DNA of 64,000 nt from Macrostomum lignano (lineage: Eukaryota): the NCBI GenBank assembly GCA_002269645.1, contig NIVC01003798.1, positions 12,316 to 76,315 of the forward strand, written 5' to 3'. The notes under the pieces were generated by a model. That model worked only from the letters and a program-made list of their open reading frames with translations. It was not told the DNA's origin and did no database searches. Shown piece by piece: positions 62,301-64,000 of the stretch (within the stretch, counting starts at the first letter, position 1; every line of letters starts with the position of its first letter). A program made the position numbers and the translations under genes.

Positions 62301-63320
62301 GATCCAAGTAGATTGATAGACAGAAGCAGTTAGAGAGGCGCCCTTCATACAAGTAGATTGATGGACAGAATTCGCAGTTAGAGAGGCGCCCTTCATACAT
62401 GTAGATTGATGGACAGAAGCAGTTAGAGAGGCGCCCTTGATCCAAGTAGATTGATAGACAGAAGCAGTTAGAGAGGCGCCCTTGATCCAAGTAGATTGAT
62501 AGACAGAAGCAGTTAGAGAGGCGCCCTTCATACATGTAGATTGATGGACAGAAGCAGTTAGAGAGGCGCCCTTGATCCAAGTAGATTGATAGACAGAAGC
62601 AGTTAGAGAGGCGCCCTTGATCCAAGTAGATTGATAGACAGAAGCAGTTAGAGAGGCGCCCTTCATACATGTAGATTGATGGACAGAATTCGCAGTTAGA
62701 GAGGCGCCGTTCATACATGTAGATTGATGGACAGAAGCAGTTAGAGAGGCGCCCTTGATCCAAGTAGATTGATAGACAGAAGCAGTTAGAGAGGCGCCCT
62801 TGATCCAAGTAGATTGATAGACAGAAGCAGTTAGAGAGGCGCCCTTGATCCAAGTAGATTGATAGACAGAAGCAGTTAGAGAGGCGCCCTTCATACATGT
62901 AGATTGATGGACAGATGCAGTTAGAGAGGCGCCCTTCATACATGTAGATTGATGGACAGAAGCAGTTAGAGAGGCGCCCTTGATCCAAGTAGATTGATAG
63001 ACAGAAGCAGTTAGAGAGGCGCCCTTGATCCAAGTAGATTGATAGACAGAAGCAGTTAGAGAGGCACCCTTGATCCAAGTAGATTGATAGACAGAAGCAG
63101 TTAGAGAGGCGCCCTTGATCCAAGTAGATTGATAGACAGAAGCAGTTAGAGAGGCACCCTTGATCCAAGTAGATTGATAGACAGAAGCAGTTAGAGAGGC
63201 ACCCTTGATCCAAGTAGATTGATAGACAGAAGCAGTTAGAGAGGCGCCCTTGATCCAAGTAGATTGATAGACAGAAGCAGTTAGAGAGGCACCCTTGATC
63301 CAAGTAGATTGATAGACAGA
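56390..63320. repeat. 45-bp satellite (AGTTAGAGAGGCGCCCTTCATACATGTAGATTGATGGACAGAAGC), ~150 units, with higher-order structure
   Basis: Direct periodicity; two main variants (CTTCATACATG and CTTGATCCAAG), plus 48-bp and 44-bp length variants. Confidence 0.97.
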
Positions 63321-63764
63321 CTCCCTGTAAGCCTGTTTTTTGAAAATTGAATGGAAAATAGGTTTGATATTATTGTAAAAGTTTAATGTACTTTACCTTA
63401 AAAGCTGGTTGTCAATTGATAGGCGTTACTCAAGAGCTTTACTACAGCTAGATATATTTCCAAAATGGCCTAAATGATAACAAGACTTGGATAAATACTC
63501 AGGGCCTAGCCTTCTTAGAGCTAGCCTATGCCTAGTTTTAAAGCTGGCCTGTAGTGAGGAAATACTAGGCCTACCAATGTAAGAGTCAGCCTACTTGAGC
63601 TGTGGGATTTCAAACCAGCCAATAGGAACCAGACCGCGAATTTTTACTCTTGGATGACTAACGCGAATTCTCACATTCACATGCCACAGCCAGGCTCCAT
63701 ATCCTTATTTTTGCGCAGAACTAGGACCATTGCCGTACGTCGGCCTAGGCCTCATCAATACAAC

Positions 63765-64000
63765 CAGTGGCGCGCCAAGTTGGGGGGCAGAGAGGGCTGC
63801 TGCCCCCGGGTGACCACCCTCCTAAGACCACCCTACCATCCTTCCGTGGGTGACCACCATTAGTTTTTTAGCGCTCGTTGTATGCGTTTTTGTGAGATTA
63901 TAGCGTATACTCTAATTTTTAAAAATTCGCTGAGGAGGGGTTTGAAAACCCAACCACCGCCCCTCCCCCCTTAATCCACAGAATTTACCTTAATCAGCAT
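63765..64000 (+). mobile_element. Possible terminus of a MITE-like element (CAGTGGCGCGCCAAG...GGGGGGC...GCCCCCGGG)
   Basis: GC-rich CAGTGGCG start typical of some non-autonomous DNA elements; the partner end is not identified in the window. Confidence 0.25.

Noticed and set aside
1938-63320. Apparent excess of repeat units with length divisible by three
   Set aside because: About 8 of 18 units, close to the one-third expected by chance

Overview
Eukaryotic (animal) genomic DNA with GC-rich exons and AT-rich, tandem-repeat-filled introns. The style resembles the flatworm Macrostomum, but that is an inference from sequence style only. Four protein-coding genes can be reconstructed by hand. (1) A minus-strand plakin-family gene (about 20050 to 3184): spectrin-like/SH3 plakin-domain exons are spliced onto a single 9.84-kb terminal exon encoding about 46 copies of two related 57-aa and 46-aa modules plus nine 23-aa repeats. 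(2) An intronless nucleoplasmin-like gene (+, 23854-24792). (3) A three-exon syntrophin (+, 26054-27850). (4) A ten-coding-exon SCAPER orthologue (-, 44256 to 32703). Almost every intron longer than about 350 bp holds its own distinct minisatellite or microsatellite, while the four short (71-85 bp) introns hold none. Mobile DNA includes an internally deleted mariner, a non-LTR RNase H fragment, a decayed Ty3/Gypsy element with both LTRs, tRNA-Leu PBS and PPT, and a possible non-autonomous Helitron. The window ends with a 1.3-kb polypurine tract and a 7-kb 45-bp satellite with a 2632-bp higher-order period. The best candidate for a new system is the plakin-like protein: its rod appears to be replaced by an array of modules each carrying a GIQV/SVQV motif resembling LC8 (DYNLL) binding sites. 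No searches were run; family calls rest on motif recognition.
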